DNA from: Clostridiaceae bacterium
Lineage (GTDB): Bacteria > Bacillota > Clostridia > Saccharofermentanales > DTU023
Direction of reading: 5' to 3'
Length of the DNA stretch: 64,000 nucleotides
Assembly: GCA_012839385.1 (NCBI GenBank)
Contig: DUNL01000161.1
Coordinates: forward strand, 1,824-65,823
How positions within the stretch are numbered: the first letter of the stretch is position 1; the number at the start of each line of letters is the position of its first letter. Of this stretch, positions 9,596 to 18,118 are shown piece by piece. The notes below the pieces were generated by a model. The model saw nothing but the letters and a program-made list of their open reading frames with translations. It was not told the origin of the DNA and did not search any database. Both the position numbers and the translations under genes were made by a program.

Positions 9596-11971
9596 TTAAA
9601 AATTCTCATGCTCCGTACGAGCAATGATCTCGTTTTGCAGATCAAGGTCTAAATTACGGAAATAATCGCTATAGCCTGCCACACGGACAATTAAATCCCG
9701 ATATTCTTCCGGATTTTTTTGGGCCGCGAGTAAGGTCGCCTTGTCAACGACATTAAATTGAATATGATGTCCTTCTTTATCAAAATAGGTTCTAATTACA
9801 TTCCCCATCATATGGAGACCATTCTCTCCCTTGACCAGAGAAGGGGTAAATTTCTGATTAAGTAAAGTACCACCTGTTCGTAAATGATCCATTCTCGCCG
9901 CGGAATTGATAACAGCGGTAGGACCTTTGCGATCTGCTCCTTGAACAGGGGAAATACCTTCAGACAACGGTTTGTGAGCCAGACGACCATCGGGTGTGGC
10001 GCCGATCACGCTACCAAAGTAGACATGACAGGTAGTAGGTAACATATTAATTCTATATTGCCCACCTTTATATGTGGGTCTACCGGTTACCAAATCAGCG
10101 TAAGTGTCGAAAATCTGACGCATGATTCTGTCAGGGTAATCTTCGTCATTGCCGTATTTAGGCGTGTCTAGTAATAGCTTTGAGCGGAAGACTTCGTGTC
10201 CTTCAAAATTATCCGCCAAGATTTTCAGAAACTCAGACAGGGAGAGTTCCTTGTTGTCATAAACATGGTATTTGATAGCTGTCAAGGAGTCGGTAACCGT
10301 ACCAATGCCAACTCCTTGAATATAGTTGGTATTATAGCGAGCGCCACCGGCATTATAATCCTTGCCTTTGCTGATACAATCCTGAGTAATGGTAGAAAGG
10401 AAGGGAACAGGCATATATTCGGCAAAGATAGAATCAATAATATTGGAGCCGGTAACTTTGATATCAAGGAAGTATTCAATCTGTTGCGCGTAAGCGGCCA
10501 TCAGATCCTCAAAGGATTTATAACTATCAGCCTCACCGGTGTGTAGCCCTAGTTGTTTGCCGGAATATGGGTCAAAGCCGTCGTAGAGGGTAAGCATCAG
10601 TATTTTAGTTAGATTGAAATAGCCGGTTAGTATATAAGCTTCTCTACCGAAACAACCGGTCTCAACACATCCTGAAGAACCTCCCAGGCGAGCGTCTGCC
10701 AGAGTTTTACCGGCATTGAGAAGCTCTTGAACGATCGTTTCGGTGTTATAAAATGCCGGTTGTCCCCAACCTTGACGTGAGATCTCACATGCGCGGTGCA
10801 GGAAGCGATCCGGTGTTTTTCTACTTATCTGCACGTTAGAACTGGGTTGCAGGAGACGCATCTCATCCATTGTATCAAGGATCAGATAGCTGACATCATT
10901 AACTCCATCACGGCCGTCAGCAGTTATGCCGCCAGTGTTGATATTAGCGAAATCTGTATAGGTGCTACTTTCCTTTAGAGTAATACCAACCTTGGGTGGA
11001 GCTGGTTGATTATTGAATTTAACCCATAGACATTGGAGCAATTCTTGAGCCTTATACTCATCAAGAATACCTTCTTTAACATCTTGCGCATAAAAGGGGA
11101 AAAGATGTTGGTCGAGACGACCCGGGCTAAAGGCGTCCCACGGATTAATCTCCAGAGTTACGCCGAGATGCACGAACCAGTACATCTGTATAGCTTGCCA
11201 GAAGGTCCGCGGTTTTTCAGCCGGTACTACTTTGCAGTTCTCCGCGATTTGTAATAGTTCCTTTTTGCGTTGTGGATCTTTTTCTTTAGCGGCCAATTCT
11301 TCCGCGTATTCACTATAGCGACGTCCTAAAGTAATTATTCCTTCAGCGGCAAGCCGCATAGCTTTTAGTTGCTCCGCCTTGTGAGGAGCTTCAAGATCAT
11401 TGGCATAATCTAGATTTTCCAGTTCTTTGTCAATTTGCGCGATACGATCATTAAAGCCCCTGGTATATATTTCCTCAGAACCTACCGTATGCCCGGGACC
11501 TCTCTGTTCCATAAATTCTGTGAAAATTCCTGCTTGATAACACTCTTTCCACTCATCAGTCATCAGTGACAAGATTTTGGTACGAGTCGAACGCTTATCC
11601 CAATAAGGAATAATTACATTTTTCTGAATGTCAAAATACTCGTCTTTAACTTTAAAAGAAATGAGCTCACGCTGGTCCATTACTTTCATATCTTCAAGCG
11701 AATGACAACACAGCTCGGGGAATGTTGGCGCGGCTTGGGGCTTTTCACCTTTCTCGCCAACAATAAGTTCTCCTTCACCAATATATAACTCTTTTTCCTC
11801 CATCAACTTCTTAAAGAATAGCGCGCGCAATACGGGCATAGACACTTGTCCCAGATATTCTTTATAAATATCGGTCTCAATACTTGCCCTTTCCATAGAG
11901 ATTACAGGCTGAGTAGAAACGGACTGTTCCCTCAGTTTTTTAACTCTTTCATTGATTCCACGTTTTCTCAT
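9596..11971 (-). CDS. Glycyl-radical enzyme, PFL2/dehydratase class, probably trans-4-hydroxy-L-proline dehydratase (HypD-like)
   Basis: Glycyl-radical motif RVAGYSDYF and Cys loop SGCVETG. Counted from the Met at 11971 (791 aa), the residues I recall as the C. difficile HypD active site (F152, H160, D278, S334, F340, C434, E436, Y450, T645, G765) are all present at a constant +1 offset. The longest ORF (GTG 12103) would overlap the activase gene by 44 nt and lacks an SD. Confidence 0.7.
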   Translation of the reverse strand: MRKRGINERVKKLREQSVSTQPVISMERASIETDIYKEYLGQVSMPVLRALFFKKLMEEKELYIGEGELIVGEKGEKPQAAPTFPELCCHSLEDMKVMDQRELISFKVKDEYFDIQKNVIIPYWDKRSTRTKILSLMTDEWKECYQAGIFTEFMEQRGPGHTVGSEEIYTRGFNDRIAQIDKELENLDYANDLEAPHKAEQLKAMRLAAEGIITLGRRYSEYAEELAAKEKDPQRKKELLQIAENCKVVPAEKPRTFWQAIQMYWFVHLGVTLEINPWDAFSPGRLDQHLFPFYAQDVKEGILDEYKAQELLQCLWVKFNNQPAPPKVGITLKESSTYTDFANINTGGITADGRDGVNDVSYLILDTMDEMRLLQPSSNVQISRKTPDRFLHRACEISRQGWGQPAFYNTETIVQELLNAGKTLADARLGGSSGCVETGCFGREAYILTGYFNLTKILMLTLYDGFDPYSGKQLGLHTGEADSYKSFEDLMAAYAQQIEYFLDIKVTGSNIIDSIFAEYMPVPFLSTITQDCISKGKDYNAGGARYNTNYIQGVGIGTVTDSLTAIKYHVYDNKELSLSEFLKILADNFEGHEVFRSKLLLDTPKYGNDEDYPDRIMRQIFDTYADLVTGRPTYKGGQYRINMLPTTCHVYFGSVIGATPDGRLAHKPLSEGISPVQGADRKGPTAVINSAARMDHLRTGGTLLNQKFTPSLVKGENGLHMMGNVIRTYFDKEGHHIQFNVVDKATLLAAQKNPEEYRDLIVRVAGYSDYFRNLDLDLQNEIIARTEHENF

Positions 11972-12059
11972 ATTATATTGGACAAAACTTTGTCCATCCT
12001 CCTTCGCTGTATTCTGTACTATAGAATTGTATTTGGTAAAGCCATTTAATAATTTTCTT

Positions 12060-13052
12060 CTATTTTGAATCTGCGGCATCTTTTTTAATAAGAATCGCGC
12101 CACCGATCACAGTTTGTTTTAAACCTTTGTTTTGAAATATAGTTAATGCGTCTTGCATAAACTGACTAGTAGGGACTTCAAATAAACGCTTCGCGTCAGA
12201 AAGTCCCAAGCGATCATATTTATCGCTCCCAAAGCGATGATAGGGTAGCAAGGCTATTGTTTCCGCTCTAACGTTGTCGCTTAGCCATTCCGCCATTCTG
12301 CTAATTGTTCTGAGATCACCGTTAAATTCAGGCACAACAGGTATTCGAATATGGATGACCGTATCTAATTCTGTCAGCCTGAGTAGATTATTTATGATGA
12401 GCTCATTTTTGACTCCGATATACTTTTCATGCTGATCGGAATCTATATGCTTAAAATCATATAGAAAACAATCCGCATAAGAAGCCGCTATTTCAATATT
12501 CTTCCAAGGGACATAACCACAGGTGTCAAGACAAAGATCTATTCTTTCTTTCTTAATAGCGTCCATGAGATAAGATAAATTCTGTATATCCTGCGCCAGT
12601 GGTTCCCCTCCGGAGAAAGTCACACCACCACCGGATCTATCATAAAAAGCCCTATCTTTGAGGATTGTGTCCATGATTTCTTTAAGACTGTAGTCCCTTC
12701 CACTGATAGAAAGGGCATCAGTTGGACAGACCATGGCACATTTGCCACTTATATTACAAATTTTCCGATCAATTGTTGGTCCATTTGTAGTATTATAAGT
12801 TAAAGCGCTTGAGGGACATACATCTTTACAGTACCCACATTTGATACAGCGAGCGGGGAAATGTAGTAATTTGGGTTCGTAACCCAAACCTTCTGGATTG
12901 TGACACCAAGCACAGCGCAATGGGCAGCCTTCAAAGAACAGAGTGGTCCGTAAACCAGGTCCATTTTCCATGCTGAGTCTTTGCAAATCAAATAATCTGT
13001 ACACAATACCTGCCCAAAATTTAATATATGATATTTTTGACCCTATTATCAT
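12060..13052 (-). CDS. Glycyl-radical enzyme activating enzyme (radical SAM)
   Basis: GPGLRT followed by CPLRCAWCHNPE (CxxxCxxC). Two ferredoxin-like clusters, CIKCGYCKDVCP and CNISGKCAMVCP. It lies directly upstream of the GRE. The start is uncertain (ATG 13052 or GTG 13004, see findings). Confidence 0.9.
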   Translation of the reverse strand: MIIGSKISYIKFWAGIVYRLFDLQRLSMENGPGLRTTLFFEGCPLRCAWCHNPEGLGYEPKLLHFPARCIKCGYCKDVCPSSALTYNTTNGPTIDRKICNISGKCAMVCPTDALSISGRDYSLKEIMDTILKDRAFYDRSGGGVTFSGGEPLAQDIQNLSYLMDAIKKERIDLCLDTCGYVPWKNIEIAASYADCFLYDFKHIDSDQHEKYIGVKNELIINNLLRLTELDTVIHIRIPVVPEFNGDLRTISRMAEWLSDNVRAETIALLPYHRFGSDKYDRLGLSDAKRLFEVPTSQFMQDALTIFQNKGLKQTVIGGAILIKKDAADSK

Positions 13053-13078
13053 TATATTACTTAATTTTGAAAGGTCAA
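13051..13078 (-). promoter_or_regulatory. Sigma-A-like promoter for the activase-GRE operon
   Basis: On the minus strand: TTGACC (13078-13073), a 16-nt spacer, then TATAAT (13056-13051). Confidence 0.5.
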
Positions 13079-13121
13079 GGAGTTCAGTAAATCCACAAGC
13101 AAAAGAGAGGTGAAAAGTAGT

Positions 13122-13754
13122 ATGGATTTAGCACAAAATATCGGTAAAAGAGTCAAAAAAATGCGTAATTCCAAAAATCTTACCCTTAAACAACTTAGTG
13201 AGATGACAGGATTATCGAGTGGTTTTTTATCGCAATTTGAGCGTGGAATGACTAATATAGCAATAGATTCATTAAATAAAATTGCGGTCGCCTTGTCTGC
13301 TCCGCTTGAAAGTTTGTTGAAATTACCTGAACGAGAAAAGGAAATTGGGGTAATTCGCTCTTACGAGTGGGACGCAAATTTTGTCTCGCCTCAGATTATT
13401 CAATATATATTGAGTTCTCAGCCGGAGCATTTTTCTTTTTTGCCACGAGTTTTTAGATTATTACCACTGCCGCAAAAACAGTCTATCGAATTGTATTCTC
13501 ATGAAGGACAGGAATTTATCTATGTACTGGAAGGTGCTGTTACTTTCTATCTGGAAGAGGAAACTACGACATTATATCCCGGGGATAGCCTACAAATTGA
13601 TTCAGGGGTGAGACATAATTGGGCAAATCTTACATCCTTGCCGGCCTTAATCCTTACGGTGAATAGCCCCAATCCCTTTTTGTTTTTAGAGGAATTGCTA
13701 AAAAATGGTTTGGACGGCTGTGTAGAATTAGGCCAGCAGGAAGAATCTGAATAA
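13122..13754 (+). CDS. XRE-family HTH transcriptional regulator with a C-terminal cupin domain
   Basis: HTH segment LTLKQLSEMTGLSSGFLSQFERG. C-terminal cupin-like HEGQEFIYVLEG..GDSLQIDSGVRHNW. ATG 13122 lies 9 nt after GAGAGGTG. It is divergent from the activase-GRE operon. Confidence 0.85.
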   Translation: MDLAQNIGKRVKKMRNSKNLTLKQLSEMTGLSSGFLSQFERGMTNIAIDSLNKIAVALSAPLESLLKLPEREKEIGVIRSYEWDANFVSPQIIQYILSSQPEHFSFLPRVFRLLPLPQKQSIELYSHEGQEFIYVLEGAVTFYLEEETTTLYPGDSLQIDSGVRHNWANLTSLPALILTVNSPNPFLFLEELLKNGLDGCVELGQQEESE

Positions 13755-13833
13755 GATTAAAGATTTAACAATATAATTAATTCTCGATAACAATCAAATG
13801 AAAAAAGAGTTGTTATCTAGCTATTGCCAGCAA

Positions 13834-15624
13834 TTAAATATTAGCTGCCACTGAATAACCGGAACGAATGGCCTCAGCGATTCCTTTAGCTCCGGCGGCA
13901 GTGCCGGCAATTTTTACGACGGGAGATACATAAGAATCTTGTATTAAATGGAACAGGTCATAAGAATTGTCATGCCCGGTAGCCACAATAATGGCGTCAA
14001 AACGATTGTTAGAGAGCATCGCGAGTGTGACTTCAGTTTGGTAGAATGTCTCTAATTCACCACTATTTTCAGCATTATTTATTCTCTCCAGTAGATAATA
14101 ACTATACCTTTGCCAGGCAGTCTTTCTCAGATCCTCAATACTGTATTTTCGCTCTGTATTAAGAGGCAGGTCATCGGGTATTTGGGTAACAACAGCAGGT
14201 GCTTCTTTTTCCGAGTCTGTGCCGGTTTCAATTGCTTCACTCATAGTTTCGTTAAGGACTGCTGTCTCCTGTTTAGCTTCCCCAACAGTTATATTACTGA
14301 AATCAATCATTTCCGCTTTGTCCTGAGTATTGTCCGCCTCATCATTCTCGGGGCGTAAATTGACAACGCCTTCGACAAATACATCGCTGTCTTCTTGCTC
14401 AGGCATTGGTTCGTCCTTATAATCCTGTGGATCATCGCTCTCGTTTTGCTCTAACTGAATTGTATTGCTTTGCTCTTGAAGTATGATGTGGAAAGGATTT
14501 TCACTGTGATCAAACAAAGATACCCGATATCCTCGCTCCCAGGCGGTCAAAGCGGCTTGCATACCGGCGGGGCCGGCACCAATTACCGCTAAACTTTTTG
14601 CTGGGTATATGGGCGTTAAATGAACCGGATATATATTTTCTCTACCGCAGCGGGGATTAACACTACAACCCGGCGTATTGTCCGGGAAAAAAGCAGGAGC
14701 GCAGTATTTAAAGCATAAGATGCATGGTTTTTGCCTTAAACCCTGTCCGGTATAAGCCAGGGATACCCAATCAGGTTCGGCAAGTAAAGCCCTACTTAAA
14801 ACCAAGGCGTCGGCTGCTTCTTCCATAAGACTCAATTCGCAGGCCTCAGGTTGTGACTGCGCTGCCCCAACTTCTGCGAAGATGAAAAAACCGGAGCCTT
14901 CCGCGGAAAGGACGGACCGGAATTCTTTGGCTGCTCTTAAAGAGCCGGCGAAGGAATTTTCTTCCTGAAGTAAAACACCGGTAAGTCCAATTTTTCTTAA
15001 ATTCTGGAGCGAATTGATACTTAAATGCATTGGAGTAGCGCGCAAGAAGAGAGGAAAACCCGCAGGAAGTGTCTTGCTTATCTCAGCAACCAGATTAAAC
15101 AAGTAAGCGGTACCTGTTTTGTAGTAAAAACTTAGACTATGGTCTTGTCTCGCTAAAAGCCAGCTCAGGAAAGTACCGGAGGCCGCGTCCAAGTACAGAG
15201 CATTTACTCCTGCTTCACAGAGCTCGGCGGCTTTGATTTTTGCTTCGCTAATCAGTTTATTGAGACGCCTGGTGGTAATTCTTCTACTGGGAGTAGCAGG
15301 GGAGATACCTACAGCCAAACGGCAACCATGTTGATTCAGTTCTCTGGTTAGTGTGCCCCACGCTTGGGCTGAGCTATCAGCCTGGCCCACAAAAGCCATA
15401 CCGAGGCCGGCTGCCGCCCGTTCACGTAAAAAGGCGGATAAACCGGGTTCGGGGCTTAAACTCGGTTGTATTTTTCCTGCTTCGAGAGGCGGAGCCCAGA
15501 TGATACGATTGTTTAGTTTAAGATCTTGAATTTGCAGGGGGGAGAATAAGTTAGTATAGGGGTAAATCTCTTCCTGATTAATATCATTTACTTCTATATC
15601 TTCATTAATGAGATCTGTATTCAT
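13834..15624 (-). CDS. Degenerate 2,4-dienoyl-CoA reductase/enoate reductase-like Fe-S flavoprotein homologue with an acidic low-complexity insert
   Basis: N-terminal OYE-like start LFSPLQIQDLKLNNRIIWAPP. Fe-S motif CILCFKYC..GCSVNPRCGRE. Dinucleotide motif VIGAGPAGMQAA. The OYE HxAHGYL-type motif reads DAASGTFL. Residues ~383-490 are D/E-rich. No second Rossmann domain is present. Confidence 0.6.
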   Translation of the reverse strand: MNTDLINEDIEVNDINQEEIYPYTNLFSPLQIQDLKLNNRIIWAPPLEAGKIQPSLSPEPGLSAFLRERAAAGLGMAFVGQADSSAQAWGTLTRELNQHGCRLAVGISPATPSRRITTRRLNKLISEAKIKAAELCEAGVNALYLDAASGTFLSWLLARQDHSLSFYYKTGTAYLFNLVAEISKTLPAGFPLFLRATPMHLSINSLQNLRKIGLTGVLLQEENSFAGSLRAAKEFRSVLSAEGSGFFIFAEVGAAQSQPEACELSLMEEAADALVLSRALLAEPDWVSLAYTGQGLRQKPCILCFKYCAPAFFPDNTPGCSVNPRCGRENIYPVHLTPIYPAKSLAVIGAGPAGMQAALTAWERGYRVSLFDHSENPFHIILQEQSNTIQLEQNESDDPQDYKDEPMPEQEDSDVFVEGVVNLRPENDEADNTQDKAEMIDFSNITVGEAKQETAVLNETMSEAIETGTDSEKEAPAVVTQIPDDLPLNTERKYSIEDLRKTAWQRYSYYLLERINNAENSGELETFYQTEVTLAMLSNNRFDAIIVATGHDNSYDLFHLIQDSYVSPVVKIAGTAAGAKGIAEAIRSGYSVAANI

Positions 15625-15794
15625 AGCTACACCGCCTTTATTTTGAGCCCATTATTTGTATTATATTTTACATACTATGTCCTAAGCTCAAGTTACAGTA
15701 GCTTTACGATTAGATTAGTTAGCAATATGGTGAATGATTATTTGTTAAAATAATATAGCTTATATATAAAAATAAAGAAATTAGGAGTGATCTA

Positions 15795-17363
15795 ATGGCG
15801 CTAACTGATGAGCGCATTGTGATTGCCTTCGATGTAGGCACCCAAAGTACCCGGGCCTTGTTGATCAACAATCAGGGACAGATTCTTTTTGTTAGTCAAC
15901 AAAAACATGAACCGGCGTATTTTTCGTCGCGTCCCGATTGGGCAGAGCAGGAGCCTGATTTCTATTTTAGTAAACTTGTTGACGCTGCTCTTGACTTACG
16001 TCACAGGGCGGGGGAGTCGTTATGGGCCAGAATTGAGGGGGCGACAATAACAACAATGCGAGATACACCCGTACTTCTCGATAAAGATTATAAACCGTTA
16101 CGGCCTGCCTTTGTATGGTTGGATCGGCGACGTGCTTCTCTAGAGCCGGAATTATCTTTTTTCAAAAGATTACTCTTTCGCGTTGTCGGTATGCGAGAAG
16201 TAGTGACACAGCAATTTCAATTTACGCCTTGCAACTGGGTTCAGGAAAATGAGCCTCATATCTGGGAGCAAACAGCAAAGTATGTCCTGTTAAGCACCTA
16301 TCTAATATATCGTTTAACCGGCGAGATGCGTGACTCGGTTTCCAGTCTTGTCGGGCATATTCCTTTTGATCATCGCCGCGCGAAATGGATGGGAAAGAAT
16401 AATCTGATCAGATTCATATTTGATATTGAGAGCGATAAGCTCTGTGACTTTGTCTACGCGGGTGAAGTATTAGGAGAAATTACTAACGAAGCTGCCCACT
16501 TGACCGGATTAAGAAAGGGGCTACCTCTCTACGCGGCCGGAGCCGACAAGGCGTGTGAGATTCTAGGCTTAGGATGCATTGAGACGGATCAAGCCGCGAT
16601 TAGCTTTGGTACATCAGCCACTATAGCTTTCACTACAGATCATTATGTTGAACCGGAACTATTTGTTCCCGCGTACTCGGCGGTTATGCCGGGATATTAT
16701 AATCCGGAAATTCAGATATATCGCGGTTACTGGTTATTGTCCTGGTTTATTAGAGAGTTTGCTACCGCTGAGGTTTACCAAGCGGAAAAACTGGGTATCA
16801 GCCCGGAAGAATTGCTTAACACGACTCTTAAGGATATAGATCCGGGCTGTGACGGCTTATTTTTTCAACCGTATTTTACGCCTAATATAACCAGGCCGTA
16901 TGCCCGCGGCTCAATAATCGGCTTCTCAGATATACATACACACAGTCATGTCTACCGAGCCATTATTGAGGGTATCAATTTTGCCCTTATGAGCTCCAAA
17001 GATATTATGGAGAGGCGGGTAAAAACTAAGATCAGCGCGCTTTATCTAGGTGGCGGTGGCTCACAGAGCAGCGAGATCGCACAGATTACGGCGAATATGT
17101 TCGGTTTGCCCGCTTATCGTTCCTATACTAATGAAGTAGCGGGTATTGGTAGCGCCATTGCCGCCTTTGTTGGAATGGGTGTTTTCAAGGATTATGACGA
17201 AGGCGTGACGGAAATGGTCCATATTGAAGATGAATTTCTGCCTGACCACAAGCAACACAAAATCTATAGTGAAATATATGAGAAATTTTATAGTGATATA
17301 TACCAGCGTCTCGCCTCCCTTTACAAAAGACACAGCAAGCACTCCAAGAACTGGAAAGTCTGA
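15795..17363 (+). CDS. FGGY-family carbohydrate kinase (substrate unknown)
   Basis: N-terminal IAFDVGTQSTRALL phosphate-1 motif, 522 aa, a C-terminal GGGSQS motif and the AGIGSAIAA pattern typical of FGGY kinases. Confidence 0.8.
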   Translation: MALTDERIVIAFDVGTQSTRALLINNQGQILFVSQQKHEPAYFSSRPDWAEQEPDFYFSKLVDAALDLRHRAGESLWARIEGATITTMRDTPVLLDKDYKPLRPAFVWLDRRRASLEPELSFFKRLLFRVVGMREVVTQQFQFTPCNWVQENEPHIWEQTAKYVLLSTYLIYRLTGEMRDSVSSLVGHIPFDHRRAKWMGKNNLIRFIFDIESDKLCDFVYAGEVLGEITNEAAHLTGLRKGLPLYAAGADKACEILGLGCIETDQAAISFGTSATIAFTTDHYVEPELFVPAYSAVMPGYYNPEIQIYRGYWLLSWFIREFATAEVYQAEKLGISPEELLNTTLKDIDPGCDGLFFQPYFTPNITRPYARGSIIGFSDIHTHSHVYRAIIEGINFALMSSKDIMERRVKTKISALYLGGGGSQSSEIAQITANMFGLPAYRSYTNEVAGIGSAIAAFVGMGVFKDYDEGVTEMVHIEDEFLPDHKQHKIYSEIYEKFYSDIYQRLASLYKRHSKHSKNWKV

Positions 17364-17439
17364 CATATTTTGTCAATACTATGCTTTAATATAATTAGTG
17401 AATCGTCCATGGGACGAAAGGATTGAAAGGAGAAATATC

Positions 17440-17817
17440 ATGCGCGAAGTTATTGCTACATCACAAGCGCCGGCGGCGGTAGGCCCCTATTCACAGGCTA
17501 TTAAACATAACGGTGTAATCTATGTTTCCGGGCAACTACCCTTTGATCCTCAGACTGGAGAAGAATGTAAGGGTAGTATCGCGGACAAAACAACTCTAAT
17601 TATGAATAATCTTCAAGCTATCGCCAAAGAGGCGGGAAGTGATCTCAGCCGTGCCCTCAAAATTACCATTTTTCTAACAGACTTAGGGAATTTCGGCACT
17701 GTCAATGAAGCTTATGCCAAATTTTTTGATAAAGAGCCGCCTGCTCGATGCTGCTTTGAGGTAAGTGGTTTACCCAAGGGCTGTGAGATTGAGATAGACG
17801 CTATCATCGCTGTTTGA
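17440..17817 (+). CDS. ridA: RidA/YjgF-family reactive-intermediate (enamine/imine) deaminase
   Basis: APAAVGPYSQA, VSGQLP and a C-terminal CEIEIDAI pattern. ATG 17440 lies 7 nt after AAAGGAG, giving 125 aa. Confidence 0.9.
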   Translation: MREVIATSQAPAAVGPYSQAIKHNGVIYVSGQLPFDPQTGEECKGSIADKTTLIMNNLQAIAKEAGSDLSRALKITIFLTDLGNFGTVNEAYAKFFDKEPPARCCFEVSGLPKGCEIEIDAIIAV

Positions 17818-17887
17818 CTTTTTATCTGCCGCTTTAATAATGACAAAATGTCGCTACTAACACGCAGTGGTGGAATCAACTGCTCCA

Positions 17888-17916
17888 TTGCAATTAAGTT
17901 GACACTGAAATAGAAT
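17888..17916 (+). promoter_or_regulatory. Sigma-A-like promoter for tRNA-Arg
   Basis: TTGCAA, a 17-nt spacer, then TAGAAT. The predicted TSS is a few nt before the mature tRNA 5' end. Confidence 0.5.
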
Positions 17917-17926
17917 AAACAGGCTT

Positions 17927-18001
17927 GTCCCAGTAGCCTAATGGATAAGGCGGTAGTTTCCGGAGCTACTGATACGGGTTCGATTCCTGTCTGGGACGCC
18001 A
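17927..18001 (+). tRNA. tRNA-Arg (anticodon CCG)
   Basis: A 75-nt cloverleaf. Acceptor stem GTCCCAG/CTGGGAC, D arm GCCT-AATGGATA-AGGC, anticodon stem GTAGT/GCTAC with loop TTCCGGA, T arm ACGGG-TTCGATT-CCTGT, discriminator G and an encoded CCA. Confidence 0.88.
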
Positions 18002-18118
18002 ATTTCAGGGGCTGACTGCTTGGAATATAGCGTCAGTCTCTTTTCTGCTTCCGCTTCTTTCATTTATTTTTATAAGTGTTAGAATTCAGTTTAAGCGATG
18101 TTGGGGGAGGAGATACTT

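Noticed and set aside
11972-12103. N-terminal 44-codon extension of the GRE (GTG 12103 or ATG 12079).
   Set aside because: It would overlap the activase gene by 44 nt, and neither codon has an SD. The HypD-like residue numbering and length fit the ATG at 11971.
17927-18001. tRNA-Arg as an integration site for a mobile island (searched for an integrase or a direct repeat of the tRNA 3' end).
   Set aside because: No integrase or recombinase gene and no obvious duplicated tRNA 3' segment is visible in the flanking sequence. Only the accessory nature of the 9.6-17.9 kb block is retained, as a weak inference.
18002-18118. c-di-AMP (ydaO-type) riboswitch upstream of the Ktr-like operon.
   Set aside because: The region is only ~117 nt and shows none of the conserved pseudo-symmetric ydaO motifs that I can recognise. 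It holds only a weak hairpin after the tRNA.
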